Source of the DNA: Nemertoderma westbladi
Lineage: Eukaryota > Animalia > Xenacoelomorpha
Length of the DNA: 59,968 nucleotides
Assembly (NCBI GenBank): GCA_032718475.1
Contig: JAUCBJ010008550.1
Coordinates: 1 to 59,968 of the forward strand
Direction of reading: 5' to 3'
Part shown: positions 27,003 through 39,708 of the stretch, one piece after another
How positions within the stretch are numbered: the first letter of the stretch is position 1
Layout of the letters: each line of letters begins with the position of its first letter
Notes under the pieces: model-generated
What the model saw: the letters and a program-made list of their open reading frames with translations, nothing else
Told to the model about the DNA's origin: nothing
Databases searched by the model: none
Program-made: the position numbers and the translations under genes

Positions 27003-27257
27003 GCATTTTTAAGAATGCTGTGCCGGCTTGTCGACAAAATTTCGCTGCCACAACTCCCTATCACCCATGACATTTTCTAGATCATCCCCATCTTTGAGGC
27101 CAGTTTCCTTAAAGATGCGTCTCAAGAAACTCATGGGCTGTCCACCAGGCTTATTCACTCCATGAGTCTGCCAAAGCACATGATTATGCACCGGCTGGTC
27201 CTCACGGCGAAATCAATGTACTGCAAAGCGGAGGCGGCTTTGTTCTAGTGTCAAGCT
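26954..27257 (-). mobile_element. 3' end of an RTE-clade LINE with (GTA)n tail
   Basis: Minus-strand C-terminus HNHVLWQ.HG..KPGG.P.SF...I.KETGL...L...M.DRELW, then a stop and a (GTA)n tail, seen as (TAC)n at 26954-27002 on the + strand. Confidence 0.8.
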
Positions 27258-27679
27258 TTCTACCTCACAGTGATATTTACTCTGCTAACCTTGAATAATG
27301 TACTGCTTATGCCCTAAAGGCCCATACACACTCACTAAAGAGAGCGTGAGTGGTAAACTACTTGTGCACAGGATGTTGGGACACAATGGTTTAGATATGT
27401 ACTGAGGCAGTACACTTCCCTCCATTATGATACATTGACATTCAACGGTACCTTTGCGGTAACTATTAGTCTATCTGTTCACAGTTAATTCAAACGTCTA
27501 TACATACAGTCATTTTAATATCATTATCTTAGTGGGTAGTGGCAAGCAGTGCGGTGTACCACACAACTACATGTTGTGTCATTCACAGTCAACGGTAATC
27601 AAAATAATTTCTGCTCAGACACTGGGCATATACCATTGATTTGATTGTAAGGCAATAGGCCTATATAAGTGATGCGGCT

Positions 27680-28110
27680 GATTCACTCCATGAGGCTGCC
27701 AAAGCACAAGATTATGCACTGGCTGGTCCTCACGGCGAAAGCAATGTCCTGCAAAGCGGAGGCGACTTTGTTCTTGTGTCAAGCTTGGGGGAACCAATGA
27801 GACACCTCCAATGTTATATATAGTGTCTGGTTGGAGGTGTGCATTGTACTTGACACAGTGAACCCGGCGTAGCATTCTTGTGAATGTGTCATCCCGAGAT
27901 TTGGTGTCCTCAGCATTTAGAGCCCAGAGCATGAACTCCCATATAGAGGAGTACTGGAACTACTGCTGCTCTAAATAATCGGACCTTAAGTTTCCGTTTA
28001 ATTATATCTGACTTCCAAATCCTGGAAAGCCTATTCAAGGCTGCCCATGCCCTTCCCTTACGTATTCGAAGGTCCTCACCTGACTTCCGGATCCATGCTC
28101 GAAGGTATAA
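27680..28110 (-). mobile_element. Second RTE-clade LINE fragment (post-RT region)
   Basis: Minus strand reads DLRIRKGRAWAALNRLSRIWKS...KVRLFRAAVVPVLLYG...TRMLRR...RLRFAGHCFRREDQPVHNLVLWQP. About 100 bp are shared with the 27151-27257 copy. Confidence 0.82.
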
Positions 28111-28951
28111 CAGAAGTCGTCACAGAAGTCGTTTAGTTTATGATACATGAAGTAATGTAAATGTGAATCTACATTAGGGGGCATCCATAAAGGACGTCCG
28201 AGGTCTGAGGGTGGTGGTCTTCAAAATCCGGACATCTTCGGACGTCCGATTTTTTAATTTTTTTATATTTATCATAATATGCTATCATGACCTACTATAG
28301 ATACGACCCGCCAAGCTGCTGCAAAGCCCCTAAATTTAGTGGGCCAGTTATTTCTCTTAAGGCCCGTTCACATCCCGTTTACATTGACATGTATCCAAAA
28401 AAGCCTTAATCAACAAGGTAGGATATTCGTCAGTGTCATATTCGTGATCAGCATCCCAAAAAACCTATATGGTCATAAAGTAAATTTGTTTTCGTGGTGA
28501 TTTTTCATTATCATATTTCCACTACTTGTTTTTTTCGTGCTCCAGGGGGAAAAATAACTGACTAATAACTAATAAAACAATATGTCTGGCTATGTTGCTA
28601 TATTACACAACTCTTCGATATGTTTGATGTAGAGGAATAAACCTTCCAAATGAAATCAGCACATTCTAAAACCTCAGTAGCTGTTATATATTATTATATG
28701 ATATGCTTTTGTTATGTAGCCTTGTTTGGAGAAGGGTCGTATCTATCTACAGTATCTAGTAATATCAGTCATTTTCGTATTACAGTACAGAAGTACTGTA
28801 ATATATAATAATATAATAATGCCATATGATATATGATATATTATTGAATCAGAATAAATGAGTAAGATAATAGTAAACCCGTTTATTATTAGAGGGTAGT
28901 CAGCGTACTGCAGTTGTACAGCAGTACAACTGCACTGCAGTACTGCACGTA

Positions 28952-29985
28952 TCAGGAGATTGCAGTAAATATAGTGGTAAATACAGAAGTATCAGAGAGT
29001 TTCCCCAGGCGACATCCCTTTTTTTTTATCAGACATACAGACTTGAAATGTCCGATGAGTCCACAATAAACACATTGCTTACCTTTAGCCGGACAGAACG
29101 ACCTTGCATGCGGATTAAGACCACAAAAAAACATTTTCTATTTGGTGTAGTTCTGGGAACTTGTAATCGATAACGTGATTGCAAACAGGTTCTTTCACAT
29201 TGGTTTTGCTGCTTATTGCGTCTGTATGAAAACGTTCTAGCTGAATAACAAGAACCAGTTTCGTCATATAGTTCTAATATATAGCACTTGTTGCTGTGGA
29301 TGATGTTGCTGATGTTGCTGATGTTCTTGCTGTGGAAGACCGCGAACTGCACCGTGAACTGTTAAGAATATCGAGTCAAAGTTTATCTGGTATTAAAGCA
29401 AGTACGAGTAATGCTTAAGCAACCGCGGAGATACGCTCGCTGCTCACGTTGACTAAACCTAAACAAGTTGTTCGATGAAAAATAATCTTCGAAGCATGTA
29501 CGCCAAACAATAAAATCCGAAAGGCTCGTATCGGACTGAAGCTTTTAAGGCCATATTAATCCTCTGCGCTTGATTTGTGGCCGCAGAAGAGTGTGACTGT
29601 TCTACGGATTGCTGGTTTTGTTCCCAAATCCATCGGATGCGTCGAATTTTCGCTTCTAGTTTCTGGACATTATCCTCCATAATCTCAAAGGATGAATAAT
29701 GAGTTTCTTGATCGGCTTGGATGTTCTCTAATTCATGACATAATAAAATTGAGGAACTATATTTAGCTAATGACCTTTCAACGATTTGTAAAAAATTCCT
29801 CAGCATCTCTAATATTCTCAATTTCAGCGGGTAAACCTCCGGAAGCGGGAAGTTGATCGATGCTATTCGTTAGTTGAGCAACATCGCGTTCTGCTTTGGA
29901 GGCATATTGACCCCGACTTCTGCATGCAGTGCTAATGGTGGGTTCTTTGCCGGTAGACTCCATACCGGTATGGTTGCAGTATGGG
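28952..29985 (-). pseudogene. Degenerate Gypsy (Mag-like) gag fragment
   Basis: Paired zinc knuckles CFFCGLNPHARSFCPAKGKQCVYCGLIGHFKSVC, preceded by a fragmented helical coding region on the minus strand. Confidence 0.65.
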
Positions 29986-29989
29986 AAGT

Positions 29990-31171
29990 TTAGGCTCAGA
30001 ATCACCTAACTGGCGGGTAATTCAATGCGGCTCAAGATTTGTTTCAGATACTGAAAGCAGATATGCGGTTTGTGAAATAGAATTATTAGCGATACATTGG
30101 GCTATAAATAAATGTCGTATATATTTGTTGGGTTTTCATGGTTTCACAGTGGTAACAGACCACAAACCCTTGATATCGATTTGTAATGGCTTGAGTCTGG
30201 ATGCGATTGACAACCCTCGGTTACAGAGGATACTGGAGAAGTTGGGATCATATGTATTTACTGTTGAATGGAAAAGGGGCAAAGAACTTTGTGTTCCCGA
30301 TGCACTCAGTTGTGCTCCAGTTAGCAAGCCTTCAGTTGCTGAAATATCTGACCTAGAGGTTGACAATATGTTCAGTAATCAGATATTGGTCGCAAGCTTA
30401 AATTCTCTAAAGAAAGATTTGAATACCTTGGGAACCCAAGATTGTGCTTTAGAGTTCATAAAAAAATAAATTCTCATTGACAATGATTACAAGTCAATTT
30501 GTAAAGTACTAACTCAAGATACACAAATATCAGATTTACCAATGCAACCTCCGGCTCGAGTGTACGGCAAGCTCTGGGATCGCATATCGATCTCTGATGG
30601 AATGATAATTCTCGATGGAAATCGTATCATATTGCCTGCTAGTACTCGACCTGAAATTTTACGACGCTTGCATTCTTCCCATCAGGGTATTACGAAAACA
30701 AAGGCAAGAGCGAATCAATTATTTTATTGGCCTGGGATGACCAATGATATTATACAAACTGTAAATAGTTGCGAGCTTTGTCAGAAATATCAACCGAGTC
30801 TACCTACAACTAAGGAACCACTTCTGTCCGATTCAGTGACAAACCATCCTTTCCATTCTGCATCATTGGATTTGTTTCAATATGGAGATCAATATTTTTT
30901 GGTATATGTCGACCATTATACAGGATGGCCATGTGTAGACTTTTATGATAAAGTACCTTCAACATCCACTGTGGTCAGATCTCTAAAGAGGTTTTTTGTT
31001 GATTTTGGAATCCCAACATCCACTGTGGTCAGATCTCTAAAGAGGTTTTTTGTTGATTTTGGAATCCCGGTGAAACTTCGAAGTGATGGCGGCTCACAGT
31101 ACACATCATTGGAATTTAGAGAATTTTGCAAGGAATATGGCAACGACAGAGAAAACATTTCATCAGCATAA
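29990..31171 (+). pseudogene. Gypsy pol fragment: RNase H + integrase, truncated
   Basis: RNase H motifs ESRYAVCEIELLAI...VVTDHKPL...DALS. Integrase H2C2 LHSSHQG...FYWPGM...CELCQ and core SLDLF...SDGGSQYTS. Contains a frameshift, an in-frame 54-bp duplication, and lacks the final catalytic Glu region. Confidence 0.92.
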
Positions 31172-31370
31172 TATGATGCTATAATATTAATTTATCTCTG
31201 TAACAAAAATGGGCTACCCGATTTGTAATACCAAATCGGTAGAGTCCGAATAAGTAGCCACTTATTGTTGGCATTATATATTGGTTGGGGACAGACCTAC
31301 ATTATTTCGTGTTATTAAGATTACGTTTACAATTAGAGATAAATTGGTAGGCGATTGCCAGCGGTTCCAT

Positions 31371-31497
31371 ATATAAAGAATAATTACCAAAACAAAACAG
31401 AGTTAGGGTTTTGGGGTCTATGCTGGCTGTATGAAAACACTTCTTATTAGTGAACTTACCCTAACTCTGTTTTGTTTTGGTAATTATTATTTATATA
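31371..31497. repeat. ~40-bp inverted repeat pair
   Basis: atataaagaataattaccaaaacaaaacagagttagggt (31371-31409) versus accctaactctgttttgttttggtaattattatttatat (31458-31496). Confidence 0.8.
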
Positions 31498-32357
31498 CGT
31501 TTACAATAGACTGACTGTACGATCTCCAAAACGATAAAGACTGAACAAGGCTAAATGCTACTTCAGAGAGGGAAATTTAAAAAACAAAAATTTTATGAGT
31601 CTATTTTAGTTTATCGGTACTAGTCTATCTGTATTAATAGTTATTTTCGTTTGTCTAACAATAATAATATTTCGCAATGTTGCGAAATGTTACAGCAATT
31701 ATAGTGGCAGTCAGTTACCATTTTTGTCTTGTAAATTCGGACGTACGTCCAAAGTGGGGGGGGGGGGTCCAGATTCTACACGAATCTGGACCGAACTGGA
31801 TCGGATCGAAAGTGTGGCGAACTGGACCGCTAAATGAAAGATATTCTAAAAATAACCATCCATGCAGATAGGTGAAAATTAATATTGAATTTAATATGGA
31901 CATTTCATACATTGTAAATTTAGTTGCTTATAAGATGTCGCTAAATTAAGATTACTTGCTTCACATAAAACACTGCTGTACTGCTTTTACCAGTAGGCCT
32001 ACCGGTAGCACGTATCTGCGTTTATAGATTGCAGTATTTTGGAACGTACTATAAAAGGTAGAACGATCTATAACGGGCTATAACGATCTATAATATGAAA
32101 ATTTACATTAGATGAAACGCCCCTTGTTGGGTGTGTTGGATTAACACGGTGGTCTGAAAAATACACCCAATACTGCAGGTTAAAAATTAGGGTAGGCCTA
32201 TGCCTAATTGATACTGGTAAAATTATACTGGCCTATCTGCCTATATCAGCATATTGCTCGCTATATTCTATACCAACCACAACAACACAAAGACTATACA
32301 GCTATATCAACGTACTACTACTGTACTTTACTTACCCCTTTCGCGTGGTTATGGTGC

Positions 32358-32471
32358 GTTAGGTCCTGACGATTAAGGTCCTGGTAGCATTAGGTCCGTG
32401 GCGTTAGGTCCTGGTAGCATTAGGTCCATGGCGTTAGGTCATGGTAGCGTTAGGGCCATACCATTAGGTCC
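32358..32471. repeat. 15-bp degenerate tandem repeat (TTAGGTCC.TGG..GC.), probably a MITE terminus
   Basis: About 8 units of ttaggtcc, followed by a diverged copy of the aaagg..caggttaca...aaccaaaacaataaac motif. Confidence 0.7.
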
Positions 32472-33994
32472 AATCTGCCTCCAAAACCAGGCAGGTTAGT
32501 AAAGGGGTAGGTTACAAAGGCGAGTTGAAAGGAACCAAAACAATAAACGAGAGTTAGGGATATTGTAGAATAGATTAATAGAGAATCAACAGTCTGCAGC
32601 CGGTTCCACCAACTCTCACTAACCGCTTAGTGTTTGTGCTAATATAACTGCTTAGTGCCACTAACCTGAGCCACCCTTATGACTTAGCCTGTTCCACCAC
32701 GCTCACTAACTGTAAGTGCCACTAACACGTTAAGTGCGATTTGCTTAGGGACCTCTAGATATCCCTAAAAGGTACACTAACTGCTGAATTTATTTTTGTT
32801 GCTCGGATATTAATACTTGCGATTGATTACAAATATATTTCATTTGTTTTGATTGAACCCTATCATACTGTATGTACAGTACACCACTTTACATACACAT
32901 TATTTCCACTTTGTCCACTATTTCCACATTTTACTTTACAATTTACTACAGTACATTGTCACGGATTACGTGGGCCATCTCCCGATTGCATTTCAAATTA
33001 CATTTTATAGACACTCAGCCGGCCTTTATAGCTTATTATAGTACAACTATCATTTTGGATAGATACAGTAGTTTATGATTCATAAACCAGGTCACCGGTA
33101 CTGAAGTTATCTTCAGTATCGCTGATTGCGGATTTCTCATTGTCACGTTGTCTGCCTGTCATCGTGCAGTCTGTACTCATTTGATTAATAGTGGACATAC
33201 TGCATACCGTGATTTAGGCATCAATGCAGACGTATTGATGTCCCTTACATTATTATATGCAAATTAGGCTACTCTAGTACAGACGTACTTCAGTAACCTT
33301 TATCATATGCGAGTCTCCCCCTGAGCTCGCATCGCTCTTTTACATTTAGTTGTATAGTTATTCCAGTATTCAGGACTAGGTGCTGGGTTATGCAGTTACC
33401 GGTAGCTCTCCGGGTGTAGCTGTTTAGACATACATATATGTCATATATATATTATAGGATAAAGAATATATAATTACTTAGTTTTTATGCATTGTCTACT
33501 CATTGGGTTGGAGTGTGAACTTTGCCAGCCTACTTTCACCGTCCTTATTCAGTAGCACTGCATTTGCCTTATCCACTGCTACACTGGTCTTGGTTTATGC
33601 GATGCTTTGTAACCCATTTTGCCATTCAACTATCCAGCTATCTGTCAACCTTACTGGGTACACTCGGATGCATGAAAGGGTCGTCAACCCTTTATTATAC
33701 CAATACCAGATTACGTACTACCATACGTAAACTACATTTAGCGAGCTCAGATTTCATATAGTGGCGTTAGCCGCAGGGGCGGATCCAGAAATTTAATTTC
33801 TATGGTGCGCACAATTTGTGAAGTTTATCTTTTTGGTCTAAGGGCGCTGCCCCAGCGGTATCCGGGGGGCAGAACCCCTGTTGCCCTAGTGGGGCTGGGG
33901 TTATTAATTCTAGGAGATGAAATAATAATAATTTCTTTAAATCATGGGCCTATATATTAAATAATAATTAGTAACTAATTACTATAACTAATAA

Positions 33995-34170
33995 GCAGCT
34001 TGGTCTAGTGGTGACATTCCTGGGCTTCCATTCAGGAAGCCCTGGTTCGATCCCTAGATGGGGGCAGCACTATTTGGGCACTGTGCTTTAAATGCTGCAG
34101 CCTAGCCCAACCCGGGCTTTCATCCTTGGATGGTTGGTAAATGGGAACCAAGGCAACGTGGGAAACAAAG
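33995..34170 (+). mobile_element. tRNA-derived SINE
   Basis: A box TGGTCTAGTGG and B box GGTTCGATCCC (34044-34054). The acceptor stem does not pair. Followed by CCAAC..GGCTTTCATCCTT..GGTTGGTAAATGGGAACCA, which resembles a conserved central domain of animal SINEs. Confidence 0.75.
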
Positions 34171-34616
34171 TAGAAGGGTTTACTGTGGAAGATCACCCAT
34201 GGTGGTGAACAGGCATTCCTTTAGGAACCAGAGTGGAAGGGTTTACTGTTGAAGATCACCGATGGTGGTGAACAGGCATTCCTTTAGGAAACAGTGGAAT
34301 TGTTTAATGTGGAAGATCACCCATGGTGGTGAACCAGCATTCCTTTAGGAAACACAGTGGAAGGGTTTATTGTGGAAGATCACCCATGGTGGTGAACAGG
34401 CATTCCTTAAGGAAACAGAGTGGAATGGTTTAATGTGGAAGATCACCCATGGTGGTGAACAGGCATTCCTTTAGTAAACAGAGTGGAAGGGTTTACTGTG
34501 GAAGATCACCCATGGTGGTGAACAGGCATTCCTTTAGGAACCAGAGTGGAAGGGTTTACTGTGGAAGATCACCCATGGTGGTGAACAGGCATTCCTTTTC
34601 GAAACAGAGTGGAATG
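34171..34616 (+). repeat. 63-bp minisatellite, left part (about 7 units)
   Basis: GTGGAAGGGTTTACTGTGGAAGATCACCCATGGTGGTGAACAGGCATTCCTTTAGGAAACAGA repeated; interrupted by the LTR element. Confidence 0.95.
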
Positions 34617-35872
34617 TGTAAAAGCTTCTGTGGGATATAACTGGCCCTTTTGCTTCGCAATCCAGTTTCCCCCCTAGGCGCTGGAATACTCTAAAAGGCT
34701 CTATAACTATATATATATTCCCCTCGCCCGCAAGGTACCGTTATAGGTGTTTTAACGGACATAAAAGTCATTCTGCTATATACGTGTTTTGGCGGACATG
34801 GTAAGGCAAAAAACCTGCAATGCACCAAATACCTTTCACAGCTTAGCCGTGATGATTCATATTACGACATCTAACAGCTGGTTGCTGACATGGAAACAGC
34901 CATTGGCCACATGGTTCTTTGTTTAGCTTAAGCCAATCAGAGCGATTTTTTCTGTCGATGTGGAGCTTTCGGTCGATCATACTAGGAGTGTTCAGTCTTA
35001 CTGTTTTTTACTTGATACTTTGTGTTATTGCTATCTAGGCCAGGAACACCGACTCTAGAGTCAACTCGGTTTCATACTTTAGAAGAAACATTAGTAGGCT
35101 TAAATTATAGAGCGTATAACCGTTATCTTATCTAATCATATCAACTGATCGCAATTCAGTTTTACATTATCGGTTCAATATACATTATTATACTGCTATT
35201 TACTATTGTTTGGTTGAATATTATTTGGAGAACATTTATAAAGAACCCAAATTTCCCAATTTTCTTGATACACTACAGGTTAGAGAGGCGGGTTATATAT
35301 AGCGATTGCGACTTATATTATTGTGTATGTAGTGAATTTAATGCTATTTGATAAGCACTACATTGGTCCGTTGCTGTTCTCTTTATATATGATAAAATTC
35401 ATTGACGGTCGGCAAATTAGTGGGCAGTATTGTATGTTACCGGTAGTGTGCATGATTGTGACTGATAACTAAGCATTTCCTAAAGAATGCGCCTCATACG
35501 TGAATCTTAAGCCTTACCGACTTGCCGTTGTGATTAGTATAAGTCATATCTCTGTTTACCTAGATAGAGCGCCACGTCCTAAAGGAACTGTTAATATTTC
35601 CCGAAAGTGAATAATATTAGTCAGAAATTAATTATTAACAATCAATCGAATAATACAGTACAGTAAGCTTACACTGCAATAATAATCTAAGCCCTCAGAA
35701 TCCAGCCCCCCGGGTATATCCAGCGGGTGAATGGACGCGCACTAGGCTGGCTTCTGCTAATGTTGTGTTTATTGGTATTAAATATTTGTCATCTTCTAAA
35801 GTCTATTTATAAACCAAAAGACATATAAATTTTGGCAGGTTAAACTGCTAAAGGTCTTCAAAAGCGCGTACA
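34617..35872 (+). repeat. 5' LTR (1256 bp)
   Basis: TGTAAAAGCTT...GCGCGTACA; near-identical to 48738-49984. Contains a TATA-like run, a CCAAT box and a TCAGT initiator-like motif. Confidence 0.97.
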
Positions 35873-35937
35873 ATAACGGTTATTGACTTTATTGCAGTAA
35901 GCAATAAAGTTGAAAGTACCGGTAAACCGGTAAACCT

Positions 35938-36066
35938 TAACCGGTACTTCTGTAGGTCAGTAGGCCCAACTGCCAGAACCGGTACTGCTGTAGGTCCGTA
36001 GGTCCAACTGTCAGAACCGGTACTTCTGTAGGTCCGTAGGCCCAACTGTCCTAACCGGTACTTCCA
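35938..36066 (+). repeat. ~39-bp tandem repeat in the LTR-element leader
   Basis: aaccggtacttctgtaggtccgtaggcccaactgtcag present about 3.3 times. Confidence 0.85.
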
Positions 36067-36239
36067 GTATAAGTACATTAGTATTATTCGATTTTGATTA
36101 TTGTATACCGGTAGGTCTTAGTATTTAATCAGGGACTGCAGCCCTGGTTTTTTATTGAGATTTTACTCATTTCTGTCGGTTTTATTTACATGTAAGTTAA
36201 TATTGAGCTGAAGACGTGTAAGTCTGCTCAGATTGTTCA

Positions 36240-36810
36240 GATAATTGTAGGTCGGACTGTTGTTAGATTGTTGTTGAGTTTGGAGAGATTACGGCGTGTG
36301 TGGAGTTTGTCCGATAGAGTGCCAGTTAGTAAGTTGGGGCAGCCATAGCTGTAAGGTCAATCCCCTCTTAAAGAATAAGTCGTACTACCGTGTTAGAACG
36401 CATACTAACTAACAATTTTGGAATCTGCACATACTGTAGTTTATTTAGGCTTGACAGTATTCTGCCAACGCTTTGGCCTGTGTTTGTTTGTGTGGTCTGT
36501 TCAGGTACCGTAATAGTTATTACTCAGATATTTTGTAGGCTGGATTGTTGTCTAGCTATTATTAGGTCTGAAGAGATTGCTGCTTGTGTAGAGTTTGTCT
36601 GATAAAGTGCCAGTTAGTAAGTTGGGGCAGCCATAGCTGTAAGGTCAATCCCCTCTTAAAGAATAAGTCGTACTACTGTGTTAGAACGCATACTAACTAA
36701 CCGTTTTGGAATCTGCACAGACAGTAGTTTATTTAGGCTTGGTGGTAGTCTGCCAGCGTTTGGTCTGTATTTTGTTTGAGTATTCTGTACGGGTAGCGTA
36801 ATATTTATTA
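36240..36810 (+). repeat. ~290-bp tandem duplication in the LTR-element leader
   Basis: The block gtgccagttagtaagttggggcagccatagctgtaaggtcaatcccctcttaaagaataagtcg... occurs at ~36319 and ~36607. Confidence 0.85.
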
Positions 36811-38101
36811 GTCAGAGTTTATGCGATTATTCGCAACATTCATGTCCCCAAGTTTATCCCTACAGTAATTGTGTTTGTTACACATACCGTTATAGTTAAA
36901 TTAACCCCGGTACTACACGGGCTGCTTGGCGTAGGACAAGACTGGTGACTTTGTGCTTCGGTCACTCCAGCAGATGCCGTGGTTCTTTTAACTGTTCAAG
37001 TATATTTAACTACTGATTATTTGTTGTACCAGTACTTGTACCTAATTTAGGGTTTAGTGTACAGTGCTTTCCGAGGTAATTAGTGTGTAGGCAGTATATT
37101 TGTGTTGTAAAGTGGTTAATAGGCACGCTGGATCTGGTAGTCCGCGGTAATTAACTTCTAGGTAGGAACACTCCGTGATACATAACGTAGTACCTATAGA
37201 GATACGGTTATAGGTCGTCAGGCGGTGGTATTTTCCTATCTGGACAGTGCAATATATTTACTACTACTTATTATTTCAAATACCGTAGTACCCTGTCCGT
37301 TGTAATAACCAGAATTCTAACCCTTTGTTAGGCTGGTTTGTAGACTTCCTGTAAAATTACCCTAAAAATTCGTACGTAATATTTTGTTGTGTTTAATTAG
37401 AGAATTAATCTCACCCGTATCGTAAGTAATTCGTAGTATTAAGTAACTTAGGTAAATTAGAATTATCTGTTTTAGTGTCCCATAAGTAGCACTCCACTGA
37501 GAGCGCACAGCTTCTGTGTAGTGACCCCCCAGAAATAATAACATTTATTTCAAATATTGACAAAACCCATTTTAAATGGGTATATATCTATTATAAATCA
37601 ACTCAAACGATTTATAAATAGTAGGCCTGCCATACAACAACTAGGTCTCAATATCAGTTGGACTACTGCTTAAATAACGGTAATAAAGTAAGTTAAAGTA
37701 ACCAAGTAACCCTAAAATATTCAGAAATTCAATTATTCTAAAATAATTGACATACCGGTATTTACCATAGGCTTATTAGATTTATTTCTATAAATTTGTG
37801 CTGAAATCATACCGGTATTCTGTAATTAATTCTAGTCCAGAATTATACTTATATACTATAAGTGTACGCTGCATACCGGTATTCACGATAGGCCTATTAT
37901 ATATTTATATATATTTGTACTAAAATTATATACCGGTACTCTGTGACAAACCTAGTTACAATACTTATATATACTATAAGTGTATACCGGTATTCTAATA
38001 TACTGCAATAAATTACTGGTACTAGGCCAACGGTCATACTGAATTACTAGTCTTGCTTTAACTGTAACTATAGCAGTAAGCATTCAACTGTATAGCTAAA
38101 C

Positions 38102-39650
38102 ATGTCTGACACTCAGCAAAACCTGTCAGACAGTCTAATCGATACAACCATCTGTGACACAGATAGGAGTGTGGAGCGATTAAGAAAGGAGTTCAGCTCA
38201 GCTCCTACTGAAAGAAAAGTCATCCCTCCAGTAGTGGTATCAGACCCTAAGCTAATCCAACACCGTAGGTCTATCATCGGCACTCGGGCCCAAGTCAAAC
38301 GGAACCAGGAAGCAGCTGTCCCACAGCAGCAACAGCCTAGGCAAAAAACTTGTTCCCAGCGATCCGATAGCTCCAGTAGTTCGGATACTGTCGAGCTGAC
38401 CCCCGAACGCGGATTGCAGATGGCGGCTAAAGCCTACTCGGACCCCCTTCTCACCCTTCCTGCCGCAGTGCTAACTACTATATTGATTGCGGTGGAGGAA
38501 CATCAAGCCGATTGGGCGAGAAATAAGCGAGCGACCCAAGATAATTATGCGGGATACGCCAGAGAAGAATTGATGTCTATTGTCGAGTCACAATGGAACT
38601 TTCCCGGACCCGGACTCCCGTTAGATCTGTCCGAGGCTACTTGGGAAGATATACACAGGATGGGAGTGGCTAAAGATACGATGGATCCAGCTGTTTGGAA
38701 GAGGTCGGCAGCAGGATATGTGCAGGGATTCTTCGGCTCCTTAGAGCGATTAGAAGAACAACTGTTTCGACAACCCCAAGGACCTCAAGAGCAGGAAGAA
38801 CTGCTATATCAAGTACGCGAAAGAACCCTACGCATTCGACTAATCCTATCAGCTTTTGAGGAAACTTCCAAAAGAAGACAGGACACGTCGCTGCAGGTTG
38901 CTGTCAAAACTTGGTTCCAGCGGGTAGGTCGCAAAGTACAAGAAACGGACCAGTGGAAATCCCAGCTGTCTGAGAGACTAACCTATGACGAACCAACCGA
39001 TGTCACCCTTCCTCAAGTGGAAGGCGAAGAGACCGCAGAGAGACCACGAACGAGAGACGCCATAGAACATTTATCTGTCCGACTATCAGCGATTCCTAGG
39101 AGACGAAGAGTTGAGGAGACGGCTGTCTGGACTTTCCCCTAATAGTGAAGGAACCCAACGTGTGTTAGACTCAATCGATGCTGAAATGTTAGCTGCTAAC
39201 CAAGCAGAATTTGATGAAAAACTCCGCCTCGCTAGAGTCCAAGAAGAACTAGTAAAGAAAAGACGGATAGAGGAACAAAAGGCGGCGGCTATGGCAGAAG
39301 CAGAAGTAGAAAGAAAGGCAGCGGCGGCAGAAGCAGAAGCAGAAAGAAAGGCAGCGGCGGCAGAAGCAGAAGCAGAAAGAAAAGCAGCAAAGGCAGCGGC
39401 GGCAGAAGCAGAAAGAAAGGCAGCGGCGGCAGAAGCAGAAGCAGAAAGAAAAGCAGCAAAGGCAGTGGCAGAAGCAGAACGGAGAGCCTCTGAGCAGACT
39501 ACCCAACTGGAGTTGGAAAATCTGCAAGAGACGCAAGACAACATAAATAAACAGTTAACTGCTAGTCAAATGCAGATGATGAGACGATCTACTCCCAAAC
39601 GCCAGGGATACACACACATCATCGGAGGAAAGCGAAACCACCGATCCTGA
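38102..39650 (+). pseudogene. N-terminal extension of Gag (two overlapping frames) with an Ala/Glu-rich coiled-coil repeat
   Basis: ORFs 38102-39142 and 39111-39650 lie in different frames directly upstream of Gag; AEAEAERKAAA repeats. The link to Gag is inferred from position. Confidence 0.6.
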
Positions 39651-39708
39651 AGGCGGAGGAAATAGATCTCTTCTAAGCAGGCGTAGAAAAACATCTCACC
39701 GTCACAAA

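Noticed and set aside
28682-28960. LTR and PBS of the Gypsy remnant
   Set aside because: TGT...ACA and a GTATCAGGAG motif are suggestive, but there is no partner LTR or TSD and the orientation conflicts with the adjacent gag.
33995-34070. Functional tRNA-Gly/Glu gene
   Set aside because: A and B boxes are present, but the acceptor stem does not pair and the sequence continues into a SINE-like body.
39086-39544. Minus-strand Ala-rich and Cys/Phe-rich ORFs
   Set aside because: Antisense shadows of the AEAEAERKAAA repeat.
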